Positions 42,740 through 55,700 of a DNA stretch of 64,000 nt are shown here, piece after piece. How positions within the stretch are numbered: position 1 is the stretch's first letter; each line of letters starts with the position of its first letter. The stretch spans positions 80,724,001-80,788,000 of the forward strand of contig NC_043004.1 of assembly GCF_006345805.1 (NCBI RefSeq), in the 5' to 3' direction. The notes beneath the pieces are model-generated. The model did not search any database. It saw nothing but the letters and a program-made list of their open reading frames with translations, and was not told where the DNA came from. The position numbers were made by a program, and so were the translations under genes. The DNA comes from Octopus sinensis. Its lineage: Eukaryota.

Positions 42740-42788
42740 CTTTGAGACAGTGGTGTTTTGACCTAATTGTATGTCTCATCAGTCAAAG
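42740..42788 (-). ncRNA. Fossil type-I hammerhead ribozyme (G12A)
   Basis: Seen on - strand: CTTTGA CTGATGA GAC-atacaattag-GTC AAAAC accact GTC TCAAAG. Stem I has 6 perfect bp, stems II and III are present, the triplet is GUC, and the only core change is GAAA to AAAA. Confidence 0.55.
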
Positions 42789-44001
42789 ATACTCTGGCTC
42801 TTCTTTATAGAAATCAATGAACAAACTATTTGCTGGTATGTACCGATGTCTCCCAAGCAAATAATAATTCAGGAGGTCCATGCAGGACAGTGAGAATCCA
42901 GACAATAACTTATCTATTGATTCTCTATATCTTTTACTTGTTTCAGTCTTTTGACTGTGACCATGCTGGGGCACCACTGCAACTTTTTAGTTGAATGAAT
43001 CAAACTCAGGACTTTTTAAAAATTTTTAAGCCTGGTTTTTATTCCATCGGTCTCTTTTGGTGAACTGCTAAATTATGAATCATAAACACATACATATGTG
43101 ATAGGTTTCTTTCAGTTTCCATTTACCAAATACACTCTCATGGTTTTGGTCTGCCCCTCCCCCAAAATTTCAGGTCTTGTGCCTCCTAGAGTAAAAAGGA
43201 ATATTAGAAGACACTTGCCTAAAGTGCCACACTGTGAGACTGAACCCAGAACCATGTGGTTGGGAAGCAAGCTTCTTACCACACAGCCACGCCTGTGGCT
43301 GAATACATTCTTAATACATTTCTGAAATTAATATGGAATGGTCGTGGATAGGATCTGGAATGACCACTGTGAGGAACCCTGTATGTGACTAGCAGACTTA
43401 CTAAAAATAACAGCTAGACTTCCATCTAACAAATACAGCATCTTCAAAACCAGGAAGGGCAAACAGAAATTAGGCAATATAGTGCTAGACACATTTCTAC
43501 AGATTTGATGACCCTGGATGGGCCACTTTGACTCAAAGTGATCTGGAGCTAAACAGCAGCAGCAGCAGCAGCTAGACTAAGTTCAACTGGCATTAGATTA
43601 CCATAGCTTATTGACATGTTATATACACATTTTTTAAATATTTATTTTATTTTATTTTATTGTTTTTTTTTTCTGATATCATTTCATTCCTTTTAAGCTG
43701 TAACTTAACCTTTAATGTTTTGCTTCCTTGCAAAGAAAGACAGGGGTGATGGTAGCGGTGGTGGTGGTGGTGGTGGTGGAGGAAGGGGTGGCGTTGGTGG
43801 GTGGGTGGGTGTTTTGTTTGGTTAGGAGAGAATCGAGAGTAATATTGTATATTGATATCTGAGTAAGCTGTCTGCTACAAGTGCTGAGCAGGCACATACA
43901 CATATATAATATATGTATGTATATTAAAATACATTGACACACTACATACATACATATATATATATATGTATATGCTTACATATATCTAGTCACACACACA
44001 T

Positions 44002-44036
<35 letters not shown>

Positions 44037-45091
44037 TACATACTAATGCACACACACATACATATATAATATATGTATGTATGTATATTAATATACATAG
44101 ACATACATATATATATATGTATATATATCAATACATACTAATACACAGACACCTATATATATACACTAATGTATCTCCATCAGTTAATCTTCATTTCTTT
44201 CCTTCTTCACTATGTATGCTTACGTATGTGTTTATGTGAGTGTGTGTTTGTGTATGCATGTATATATGCGTGTGTTGTGTGTGTGTGTGCACACACTCTT
44301 TGAGACACTCTGCAAATGCATATTGGACACTTTGGTGCTGTACCAGAGGAAAAGCATCTAACCATGCTGTTTGCATGATAGATGCATTATGACGTTATAT
44401 CTGTGTGCACACATATATGAAATATATGTAACATCCGTGTGTGCATGCGAATGTATATACATATATATATATCTTTTTATATATATGTGTGTGTGTAAAG
44501 ATATATATATATATATATCCATTTAATATATATATATGTGTGTGTATATATATAAAGATATGTATATAGGAATTTCTTTTTGCTTTTTGGGGTTTTTTTT
44601 TCTCTCTTTCTATTTGTCCCAGCAGCCAACCAACCACCAATGTCCTTTTTTCTTTTTTTCTTTCTTGTTGGTTCTGTAAACATCAGAATCCGTACTGAAA
44701 TCATGCCATTTGTCTTGCTGTGCTAACCTTTAATAATAATAATAATGATGATGATAATAATAATAATAATGATAATAATAAACCTCCGTTATAGCTTTAT
44801 TAACATCAATATTCCCTCAGCAGATTATGTTGTTTGTTAGCTACAGAGGAAGTGGCAGTAACAGGAATGGCCATGGTGGTGGTAGGGACGGGCTGGCGGG
44901 GGCAAGACTTCCATCTGGTCTTGATTTCCTCGCAGGATTGCCAGATTTACTGCTGCCAGTGCTGCCGTTGCTGTTACTAGTGTTCGTATTAGATAATCTT
45001 GATATGAAGACGGAATAGTTTATAATATTTTAACTGATGAGTAGTTAGGAATCGGTGCTGTTGGAATAGTCTTCTGCTTAGAAGCTACTTT

Positions 45092-45474
45092 GGAAGCACT
45101 CCGTCGGTTACGACAATGAGGGTTCCGGTTGATCCGAATCAACGGAACAGCCTGCTCATGAAATTAACGTGTAAGTGGCTGAGCACTCCACAGACACGTG
45201 TACCCTTAACGTAGTTCTCGGGGATATTCAGCATGACACAGAGAGTGACAAGGCCAGCCCCTTGAAATACAGGTACAACAGAAACAGGAAGTAAGAGTGA
45301 GAGAAAGTTGTGGTGAAAGAGTACAGCAGGGATCACCACCATCCCCTGCCGGAGCCTCGTGGAGCTTTTAGGTGTTTTCGCTCAATAAACACTCACAACA
45401 CCCGGTCTGGGAATCGAAACCGCGATCCTATGACCGCGAGTCCACTGCCCTAACCACTGGGCCATTGCACCTCC
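45092..45474 (-). mobile_element. Full-length tRNA-derived SINE (family D) with target-site duplication
   Basis: Seen: head GGAGGTGCAATGGCCCAGTGGTTAGG with B box GGTTTCGATTCC. TSD agaagctacttt at 45080-45091 and 45477-45488. Confidence 0.9.
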
Positions 45475-46535
45475 TAAGAAGCTACTTTACTGAGTATCTG
45501 GCAGGGCAGAGCTGGTCACAATGCACTTCTCACTGATTTAGCTTTTGAATGATATCACCCTACTGGTTGGTGGGGCAGGCCAATGTTTCTTTGATAAGTT
45601 AATTTTGTCATGGAGTTATCCATTTGCATTTGAGTGGACTTGAGCAACAGGAAATCAAATGTTTTGCTCAAGAAAACAATATGCCACTCTGTCCAAGAAC
45701 TGAAACTACAATCTTATGATCATGAGCTCAACATCCTGACCACTAGGCCACATTCTTTCATATATATATATATATATCATCATCATCAAGTTCTATATAG
45801 ACATCCTACCTAACACCAGCCACTTTACCAAGTTTTGTCTACAGATATTCTCTAGAATTTAGAACAGTGAGATCAAAGATAGAAAACAAGTAATGGGTGT
45901 ATATAGATATTTCAGGATTCATTGCTCCTTCATCAGTGCCACATCCAACCCATTAACCATCCACAAATACATTGCTTAAATAAACACTATGTCAAGTGGT
46001 GTAACACTATTGGATAGACCAGTTTCCCGTACTAAACACATTCTTGGCAATATGTACAATTAACTTTAACTAGTGTACTGGATGCTTTTTTGTGACATCC
46101 CTACTGATGAGCTTGCCATGCAGCTTGTAAGACTGAGTGGGGATATAGGAGAGAGGGAGGTATCTTTATGCTGGGAGATGAGGGGTTAATGTATAAGAGA
46201 AGCCCGAACAGGAAAAGGGGATTTGAGGGAGGGTTGACTACACTTTCTAGCAAACCATATTGAAAGCTCTCCCATACAGTGTGTTGATGGTAAATGATGG
46301 AGAAAGTGGGGGGGGGGGGCTGTGATGGTGATTGTGATGATAAAAGTGGTAGTGGTGGTGTTGGTGGTGGTAATCATGATGTTGGTGATAATGATGATGG
46401 TGACAACGATGATGGTGGTTGTCATGGTGCTGTTGTTGATAGGGATGTGGGTGATGGCGGTGAGGATGACATCAACAGCGAAATGAGCAGCAATGGACGT
46501 AGTCCCTTATTCTCACCAGAGTTCTTGTAATGACA

Positions 46536-46579
<44 letters not shown>

Positions 46580-46932
46580 AAACACATGCAAACATGCACA
46601 TGATATCAACAACAACAACAAAAAACATATGAACAAATAAAAAAAGACAAAAAGCTAAAGAAATTTTCGCATTTCCACACGAGTGATCAGCCATTTGTTG
46701 CCACCCAATAATATATTGTACAAATATACCCAGTCAACTGCAATATAGAAGAACCAACTTCATTGGAATCGGTAAACACACATATCAAATAACTTGCTTG
46801 AAAAATTGTGTAAATTTAGGTTTTGCTTCACTACTTTACCAAATAAAGATGGATGCTATTGTTGTTGTTGTTGTTCTTTCTTTTGGCTTAGATTTTTGGT
46901 TGCATTTGGTGGGTGGGGGTCCCAGTTCTTTG

Positions 46933-46966
<34 letters not shown>

Positions 46967-47000
46967 TTATTACTGTTATTTGTTCCTGTTAGTTTTTTAC

Positions 47001-47045
<45 letters not shown>

Positions 47046-47811
47046 GTTATGATTATCACTATTTTTATTATCACTACTATTGTTATTATTATTGTTATCA
47101 TTATTATTACATAACTTCCCCCAATTTAGCTATCAAAACAAATCTTTTTATCAGTTTTAATTTAATCCTTTTTTTCTTTTTCACTGTTCTCTCTTTCTCT
47201 CTCTCTCTCCACACCCTCACACCCCTACCCCCTATTTTCCTTTTCTGCAATTACTTATTGGAAGTGTGGTAGGAGTGTATGTATGTATGTGTTTGGGAGA
47301 AGAGTAAGGGTGAGAAGAAATTTCCGGATGTTGTTTTATTTATTTATTCATCATCATCATCATCATCATTGTTATTATTTTTTTTATGACAAAAAATAAG
47401 TTCATTCTGTGTGTGCCTTAGTTTTGGTCTGTTTCTTACCCCCACCCCACCCTACCATTGTTGCTGTTATGGAGCCATTCTTCCCAAAGGACCTACAGAA
47501 CTGTCTGAAATATTAAGATCTTGACAGGCCACAAGACCTTTTTACAAAATATCCCCACCATCCACCCAGCTCTTGTAGCAACCCCCACCCCGACCCAACC
47601 CCTCTTTCACTACCCCAACATTACTGCCAATCTCTCCCTCACACACACATATATGTGTATGTGTGTGCCAGATTCTGCTCCCCACCAAGGGACACACCCT
47701 ATTCTACCTGTATTGCGATATTTTCTGTATTCTTAGATTTACTGCTTAAGTTGTTCTTTTCAAAGGAAGTCATTTCTTTCCATATATGGAAATTAAAACA
47801 AACAAAAAAAC

Positions 47812-48116
47812 TGTTCTATACTTAAGAGATGAGGAATTATGTACATTATTTACATTTGATGGATATTTGTCCTCATCTTGTTTGTTGCATATGGCGTAGT
47901 GGTTAAGAGTGCAGGCTACTAACCCCAATATTCCTAGTTCGATTCTAGGCAGTGACCTGAATAATAATAATAATATTGAAAAATACCTTAGGAATGAGAA
48001 CCCAGGTTTGAAATTTCCCCAAGACACCTGATGAAGGCTGGAGGATATATCAGCCGAAACGTTGTGTTAACAACAAACAAGATGAGGACAAAAATTTGTC
48101 AATTGTAAATAATGTA
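47812..48116 (+). mobile_element. tRNA-headed non-autonomous retroelement with Penelope-like HHR tail and inverted terminal arms
   Basis: Seen: A box TGGCGTAGTGG 47892-47902, perfect T-arm CCTAG-TTCGATT-CTAGG 47933-47949, (AAT)n spacer, HHR, and 46-nt inverted arms 47842-47887 / 48071-48116 (5 mismatches). Confidence 0.7.
48023..48068 (+). ncRNA. Minimal type-I hammerhead ribozyme motif (Penelope-type)
   Basis: Seen: stem I GACAC/GTGTT, core CTGATGA (48028-34), extra A, stem II GGCTG/CAGCC, GAAAC, palindromic AACGTT in place of helix III, GUU triplet (predicted cut after 48063). Established: PLE HHRs are minimal type I lacking helix III. Activity untested. Confidence 0.65.
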
Positions 48117-48468
48117 AAAAAAAAAAAAAACTTGCAAAAGATTATCCTATCCCAATATTGCTATTTTGCTTTTTTTTTTTTTGCTGCTGGATTTATTCCT
48201 TGTTGCATTGCATCTTGCAGTTACCATTTTTCTCATTGGAATCTTCTGAGTTCCAGATTGCAATGCCAACCAAACATTACCCAATTACATAGTGTGACAT
48301 TGATAGAATTTTTTTTTTTTTTGTCAGAATCACTTTTGCTGTGTTTATGTACAAAATTATTATTATTATCATCATTACGAAATGGCACAGGAGTGGCTGT
48401 GTGGTAAGTAGCATGCTAACAAACCACATGGTTCCAGGTTCAGTCCTGAAACTGAAAGAAGCCCGTCG

Positions 48469-48501
<33 letters not shown>

Positions 48502-49382
48502 AGACGTAGTTACATGGCTAAGAGATTTCCTTTCCAACCTCATAGCATTGAGTTCAATCCTCCTGTGTGACACCTTGGGCAAATTTCTTCAATTATACTC
48601 TCAAAGTCCTTGTGAGTGGGTGTGGTGGAATGAAACTGAAAGAATCCCATCCATATGACTGTGTGTGTGTATGTCTAATTGTCTTGCCATCACATGGTGG
48701 TTTCATACAAACCATGTCTTTCATTTCTAGTATTCTGCAAAGCCATGTCTGGCCTGGGGCAAATATTAGCAATGAGCTGGCAGAAATGTTAGCACGCCGC
48801 GTGAAATGTTTAGCGGTATTTCGTCTGTCTTTACGTCCTGAGTTCAAATTCCGCTGAGGTTGACTTTGCCTTTCATCCTTTCAGGGTCGATAAATTAAGT
48901 ACCAGTTGTGTACCGGGGTAAATCAAATTTTCGGGCCTTGTGCCAAGAGTAGAAAAAAAGAAAGAAAAAAAATATTAGCTTGCTTGGAAATTGGTGACAA
49001 GAAAGCATGTCTCAGTAAACTCCATGTGACACATGTAAGCATGGAAAACTAGACATTAAAATGAAAAAGGATACAATACACAAATGTAGGAATTTGATTC
49101 CATGTGTTCCGGTGCCAATTAAAAATCATCCATGCTGGTTCTGCATAAGAAGCACCTGTGCTGGTGTCACATAGAAAGCACACAGCTACACCTTGTAAAG
49201 TGGTTGGCATTAGGAAGGGTGTCCAGCTGTAGAAATCAGCCAAGACAGACAATTAAGGGCCTTGTGCCAATTGTGGTGGTGGTGGGGGGGGTCTCTGGTT
49301 TGCTAGCAACTGCTGACCCATAACAAAGGGGTGTTAAATGATGATAATAATGAAGATGATGATGATGATGTATATACACTTA

Positions 49383-49423
<41 letters not shown>

Positions 49424-52400
49424 AAAATATTTGTGACTGTCTGTTCTTTCACTCTGAAAGACATATTTCCTATTTTTTTGGCTCTCAGAAAACACATTCC
49501 ATTTAGAATCGTGTTACTTTAATATTATTACCCTCATTGTCTGCCTCCTATTTCTTCTTCTCCTTCTTCTTCTTCTTCTTCTTCTTCTTATTATTATTAT
49601 TATTATTATTATCATCAGCCTCGTTGCTGTAGTTACTTCCTTGTAGTTGTTGTTGTTGGTATTGCAGCTGTAGCTAGTTTTTTTTTCTTCTGTATCTTAT
49701 TTATTTCAGTCCCTCTTTTTTACTTCTCTGTCTTTGTCATCTTTATTATTATTATTATCATTATTGTTGTTGTTGCTGTTGTTGTTGTTGTCGTTATTAT
49801 TCCAAATAACAAATAATTTATAGTCTCTTCATGTACTTTTATCTATGGTGTCATCAACAATTAACTTTCTTCTTTAGACCACACCTCTTAAAGATAGCTT
49901 AATTTCCTGTACCTGATATTTGCTCAATATTCTCTCTCTCTCTCTGTCTCTGTCTCTCTCTCTCCTCCCTCTCTCTCTCCTCTCTCCTCTCTCTCTCTCC
50001 TCTCTCTCTCTCCTCCTCTCTCTCTCTCCTCTCTCCTCTCTCTCTCTCTGTTGAATTTATGTCTGTTTATCAATAATCTCCCTGTCTGCTTGTTATTTAT
50101 CTATCTGCATGTCTCCTTCCCCCCTCTCTCTCTATCTCTTCTCTCTCATTCTCTTTCTTTTTACTCTCTCTTCTATTTCTCTTTTTCTCTCTCTTTCATG
50201 CATGCACACATGTGTGTATGCACAGGAATGGCTTTGTGGTAAGAAGCTTGCTTCCCAACCACATCTTTCCAGGTTCAGTCCCACTGCGTGGTACCTTGGG
50301 CAAGTGTCTTCTACTATAGCCTCAAGCCGACCTAAGCCTTGTAAGTCGATTTGGTAGGCAGAAACTGAAAGAAGCCTGTCGTGTATGTATATATATGATG
50401 GACTCATTAAAACTGGCCTCTGCAATGATAAGTTTGGAAAGAAACCATAAACAGAAGCAAAACATGAACAACACTTTACCTTTTAGTTCATTTATTTTTG
50501 TTAATTTTCTTCTTTTTTCACCTTGTGATTCAATACTTTGGACCTAGAAACTCCTTATCAAGAAAAGCTTCAGCTGGTCAGACACATCAAAATAACTAAG
50601 CAATTATCTTTTAAATGCTAACACTGAAGCATGTGCCGACTGATTGCATAAAATCAATCAATCTGTGAGCTTAGATCATGTCTGTTCTTAATAGGTGGAT
50701 TTAGATTTTGTTAATCAGGATAGCCTCTTTAATCCTTGAATTTTCAATATTTTTCTTTTCTTTTTTTTTTTGTGGCCTTCACTGTAATTATCATCTTACG
50801 GAGCAACACCAGACAGAGGAGGCATTTGTATGACTGTTCTCTTTTAGGCAGATGTGAAGTTTGTAAATGATGGTATTGGTTGACATAAGAGCTGCTGCAG
50901 TTATTACTAAGTGTGTGTGTGTTTGTGTGCATGTATATATGTGTTTGTGCACATGTAAATGTGTTTGTTTGTGTGCATGTGTGTGTGAGTTTGTGACCAT
51001 GTGTTTGTGCGTTTGTGTACATGTAAATGTGTGTGTGTGTTCGTTTGCATGTGTATATGTGTGTATGCTTGTATGCATGCATGTGTGTGTTTGTGTATGT
51101 ATATGTGTGTGTGTAAATCTTGTGCATGTCTGTATATGTGTGTGTGTTTGTCTGCGTGCATACATCTTTGTATATTTAATTATCGTATGCACGTGTGTTT
51201 GTGTGTGTAAACATATTTTTCCTGCTCCATCTGGCAACCAATCTTGGTTTGTTTACATCCTCATAGCTTAGCAGTTCAGCAAACAGATATCACTGGTATA
51301 AGTACCCAACTTCAAATATATTCTAAGGTGAATTTGTTCACCGCAACCCTTCAAAGTTGTATGACCCCCAAGTCAGCTGCAATCAAATGACAGAAACAAA
51401 AAAATGTCAAATATAATTTAAAACATATATATAAATGGGATGGTCACATCTGGAATGTCTTTAATTATGAAACTGCTTAAACAGAAACAAATACATACAA
51501 TAAAAAGCTTTAAAAAATACCCATTCTACTTTAACAACGCAACCTTCATAAATTATTTAATCAGTAAGAGATGGAGACACACAGACAGACTTACAATTTG
51601 CTGTTTTAAGCATTAGAAACACACAGACAGACTTACAATTTGCTGTTTTAAGCATTATAAATATAATTTTTTCATTAATTCCTGTTCATTGAATTTGTCT
51701 TCAAAGGAAAATGTCTTTTAGCCTGATTACAAGAAATAAACAGAATTACTTTGGTTTAAAACATTTTCATTTGTTCTTCATATTATTACTGTTGTCAATG
51801 CCGTGTCAATGTTGCGTTCACTTGGAATGATCTGTGTGCATGTATGCATATAAATATGCGTGCACGTGTCAGTGTGTGTGTATGAATATGTGTGTATGTT
51901 TGTATACTTGTGTGCATGTATGAATATGTGTATATATGTATATGTGTGTGTGTGTGTGTAATCCTTCCGTGATCTAAGATTAATAAAGGACAAGGTTTAA
52001 TACTAAGGAAGAAACAATGTTGTCTATGGTTATTCTGTCTGTATGTGTGTGTGTAGATAATTCTTTCCTACTCTAGGCCCAAGACCCAAAATCTTGAGGG
52101 AGTGTTTGTATGCTGTGTTTGTCCCCCACCATCGCTTGACAACCGATACTGGTGTGTTAATGTCCCTGTTACTTAGCAGTTCAGCAAAAAGAGACTGATA
52201 GAATAAGTACTAGGCTTGCAAAGAATAAGTCCTGGGGTCGATTTGTTCGACTAACAGCAGTGCTCCAGCATAGCCATAGTCAAGTGACTGAAACAAATAA
52301 ATGAATATCTGAAATACAATATTCCGTCTGCAAGACTATTGCCAATCGCCTCACCCAAATTTTTAACTACAGCCACTTCTGACCTTTAAGAATTCCTTCA

Positions 52401-52965
52401 GTATTACCCTTAACAACAACAGAATAAGGAGTGGGTTTACAAAACTTCTTTGCTCTTTATTAGCATGATGGTGTTTTCCTTAGATACATATTAATTTATT
52501 TATATTCAAATCTGTGTTGCAATGTACTAGAGCAAATAGTTTCTAGGTAGATGCATACTCGAGGCATTTTATTACTAATACATACCACATCACAGTGTAA
52601 CAGCATTCTTTGTTTGTTGTTTGCAGTACTTACTCACCTGGAGAACTATGAAGGTATGTAGGTAGATAGGTAGGCAAGTATGTAGGTAGGTAAGTAGGCC
52701 TGTGTGTAGATAGGTAAGTAGGTCTGTAGGTAGGTATGTAGATAGGTTAGTAGGTAGCTAATTACAGGTGTAGCTTTGTGGTTAAGAAGATTTGCATTGC
52801 ATCCATATGGTTTTGGTTTGGTGCTGCCATGCCGATTCTTGGCCTGGTGGCTACAAGTGGAGTTGTACAATGACCATTGCCTCGCATTTGGAACTGATAA
52901 ACAGGAACTCTGCAGAAACTCATTATACATAAATACATGTATATGTATGTATACATGTGTGTATG

Positions 52966-53001
<36 letters not shown>

Positions 53002-53051
53002 TAAAAGTCTTTCCTTGTTTGTTTTGCAAAATAGTGGTTTTGTCTCTAATA

Positions 53052-53098
<47 letters not shown>

Positions 53099-53099
53099 A

Positions 53100-53130
<31 letters not shown>

Positions 53131-53470
53131 CTCTTTTTACTCTTTTACTCTTTTACTTGTTTCAGTCATTTGACTGCGGCCATGCTGGAGCACCACCTTT
53201 TAGTACTTATTCTATCCGTCTCTTTTTGCCGAACCGCTAAGTGACGGGGACCTAAACACACCAGCATCGGTTGTCAAGCAATGCTAGGGGGACAAACACA
53301 GACACACAAACACACACACATATACATATATATACATATATACGACAGGCTTCTTTCAGTTTCCGTCTACCAAATCCACTCACAAGGCATTGGTCGGCCC
53401 GGGGCTATAGCAGAAGACACTTGCCCAAGATGCCACGCAGTGGGACTGAACCCGCAACCGTGTGGCTGGT
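53131..53470 (-). mobile_element. Well-preserved SINE family A copy with a small internal deletion
   Basis: Seen: many CpGs retained. It lacks the segment between two tagt motifs that is present in the 23868 copy. Confidence 0.85.
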
Positions 53471-53756
53471 TAGCAATATAGTAGGAATATGTTGCAAAAA
53501 GAAGATAGAAACCGCATGTGGAAATGTAAGGGGAAAGTAAGAAGAAAAATAAGTGAAAAGGCACATTGGAAATCAAAAAAAAAATAAAGGCTTTTTATGA
53601 AAAGTGACGATAGATATATACCGTTACGTTTTATAAAAAGCCTTTACTTTTTTTGATTTCCAATGTGCATTTTTGTATATTTTTCTTCTTACTTTCCCCC
53701 TATATATATATGTGTGTGTGTGTGTGTGTATATATATATGTGTGTGTGTATGTATG

Positions 53757-53787
<31 letters not shown>

Positions 53788-54037
53788 ATGTATATATATA
53801 TGTGTGTGTGTATGTATTTATATTTATATGTGTATGTATATATATGTGTGTATGTATATATATATGTATATATATATTTATATGTGTATGCATATATATA
53901 TATAATATATATATATATATCTATTATATGTATATATATATTTATATTTATATACGTATGTATATATATTATATATGTATGTGTATGTATACATGTGATT
54001 ATATATGTATGTATATATATATATATATATATGTGAA

Positions 54038-54378
54038 GGCGCATGGCTCAGTGGTTAGAGCGTCGAGCTTACGATCGTGAGTTTGTGAGCTCGAATCCCG
54101 GACCGGGCTGCGTGTTGTGTTCTTGAGCAAGGCACTTTATTTCACGTTGCTCCAGTTCACTCAGCTGTAGAAATGAGTTGCGACGTCACTGGTGCCAAGC
54201 TGTATCGACCTTTGTCTTTCCCTTGGGTAACATTGGTGGCGTGGAGAGGGGAGGCTGGCATGCATGGGCGACTGCTGGTCTTCCATAAACAACCTTGCCC
54301 GGACTTGTGTCTAGGAGGGTAACTTTCTAGGTGCAATCCTATGGTCACTCATGACCGAAGGGGGTCTTTACCTTTTTT
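54038..54378 (+). mobile_element. Full-length tRNA-derived SINE (family C)
   Basis: Seen: A box TGGCTCAGTGG and B box-like AGCTCGAATCC, inserted in (TA)n. A second copy lies at 9058-9395. Confidence 0.9.
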
Positions 54379-54393
54379 ATATATATATGTACA

Positions 54394-54440
<47 letters not shown>

Positions 54441-55259
54441 ATATATTTGCATATATAAGGCAGCATTCCAGTATGGCCACAGACAAACGACTGAAACAAG
54501 TAAAAAAAATAGAAGAATCTCTGTGTGTGTGTGTGTTTATCCTCGCCACTAAAATTGATGTTATTTTGTTTACATTCCCAGAACTTAGCATATCAGCAAA
54601 AAAAAAAAAAACAGACCAATAAAATAAATACTTCAAGGCCATGCCCCAGCATGGCCACACACACTCCAGTGACTGTAAAACAAATAAAAGAATAAAAGAA
54701 CCAAAAAAACAAACTGCATCGTATTAGAATGTTTACATATATTCTCAGATTCCATACATCCAAGAATACAGTATCAATTTGTGCAGAATGGTATTTTTTT
54801 TCCTCCTCTTCAATTCCTTTACGATTCCGCTTGAAAAACAAGACGGTATTAATAATGGTAAATGAAGACGTTGGCATTTCCAAATAATTACAGAGTCATC
54901 TTGTTAAGTCCTATATATATATATATGAGAAATGGTTAGCGCCAAAGAATTTTATTAGTTGCCCTCTTGGACTGTGTTTGGTTCATTGATTTTAAGTTGA
55001 ATGATTGAAACAGCAGGTAAATGATATTTCTTGCAGAACCATATTATTTAGACCATTCTTGACTGATTGAAGCATTTTGGTAGAAAATTGTCATTCTCTG
55101 TTCGATAGAGATTTCTCTCGCTTTTGCTATAATCAGTGTTCTGCAAAGTTTTTGTTGTTTTGGTGAAGGGTTTTTTTGTTTTGTTTTTTCCATTTTGTTC
55201 CCACTCTCTCTTCTCCTAGTCCTCACTTTGTCTTGCTCTCTCTCTTTCTCTCTCTCTCT

Positions 55260-55386
55260 CTCTCTATCTATCTCTCTCTATATATATATGTATATATATA
55301 TATGTGTATATATAAATATATATGTGTATATATAAATATATATGTATATATAAATATATATGTATATATATAAATATATATATATG

Positions 55387-55422
<36 letters not shown>

Positions 55423-55612
55423 GTATATTATATAAATATATATATATGTATATATATGTATATAATATATGTATAATATATATATGTATATAATATATGT
55501 ATATATATATATGATATATATATATACATATATATATATGTAATATATAAATATATATATATGTATATATATATATATGTATAATATATATATATATATG
55601 TATATATAATAT

Positions 55613-55643
<31 letters not shown>

Positions 55644-55700
55644 GTATAATATATATATATATATGTTATATATATATACATATATATATGTATATATATC
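55260..55700. repeat. About 440-bp almost pure (TA)n compound microsatellite
   Basis: Seen directly. Similar blocks lie near 5890-6350, 11880-12290, 27480-28020, 31790-32220 and 53700-54030. Confidence 0.95.

Noticed and set aside
42811-42835. 25-nt microexon EINEQTICW that could join a following NG exon (e.g. NGHGGGR at about 44866)
   Set aside because: Its own splice sites are good, but the partner lacks a polypyrimidine tract and a GT donor after the Arg codon, so no in-frame path to 56158 exists.
45050-45091. CCWNS motif as the missing glypican CWNG exon
   Set aside because: In-frame TGA codons lie just upstream, there is no acceptor or phase-2 GT donor, and the frame runs into a SINE.
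45901-45940. HHR-like core on - strand (CTGATGA AGGA..TCCT GAAAT ATC)
   Set aside because: Core and stem II fit but stem I cannot pair, so it is unsupported.
46100-46135. CTGATGAG motif
   Set aside because: No GAAA after a stem II.
47888-47955. Genuine tRNA gene
   Set aside because: There is no complete acceptor stem and it runs into a retroelement tail. Treated as a SINE head, as are the other A/B-box sites.
1623-55681. The many long ORFs in the track (poly-YI, CV, HT, LS, ER, H, S, D), including the 475-aa and 423-aa ORFs near 13819-15246
   Set aside because: They are translations of stop-free microsatellites, with no domain content or splice support.
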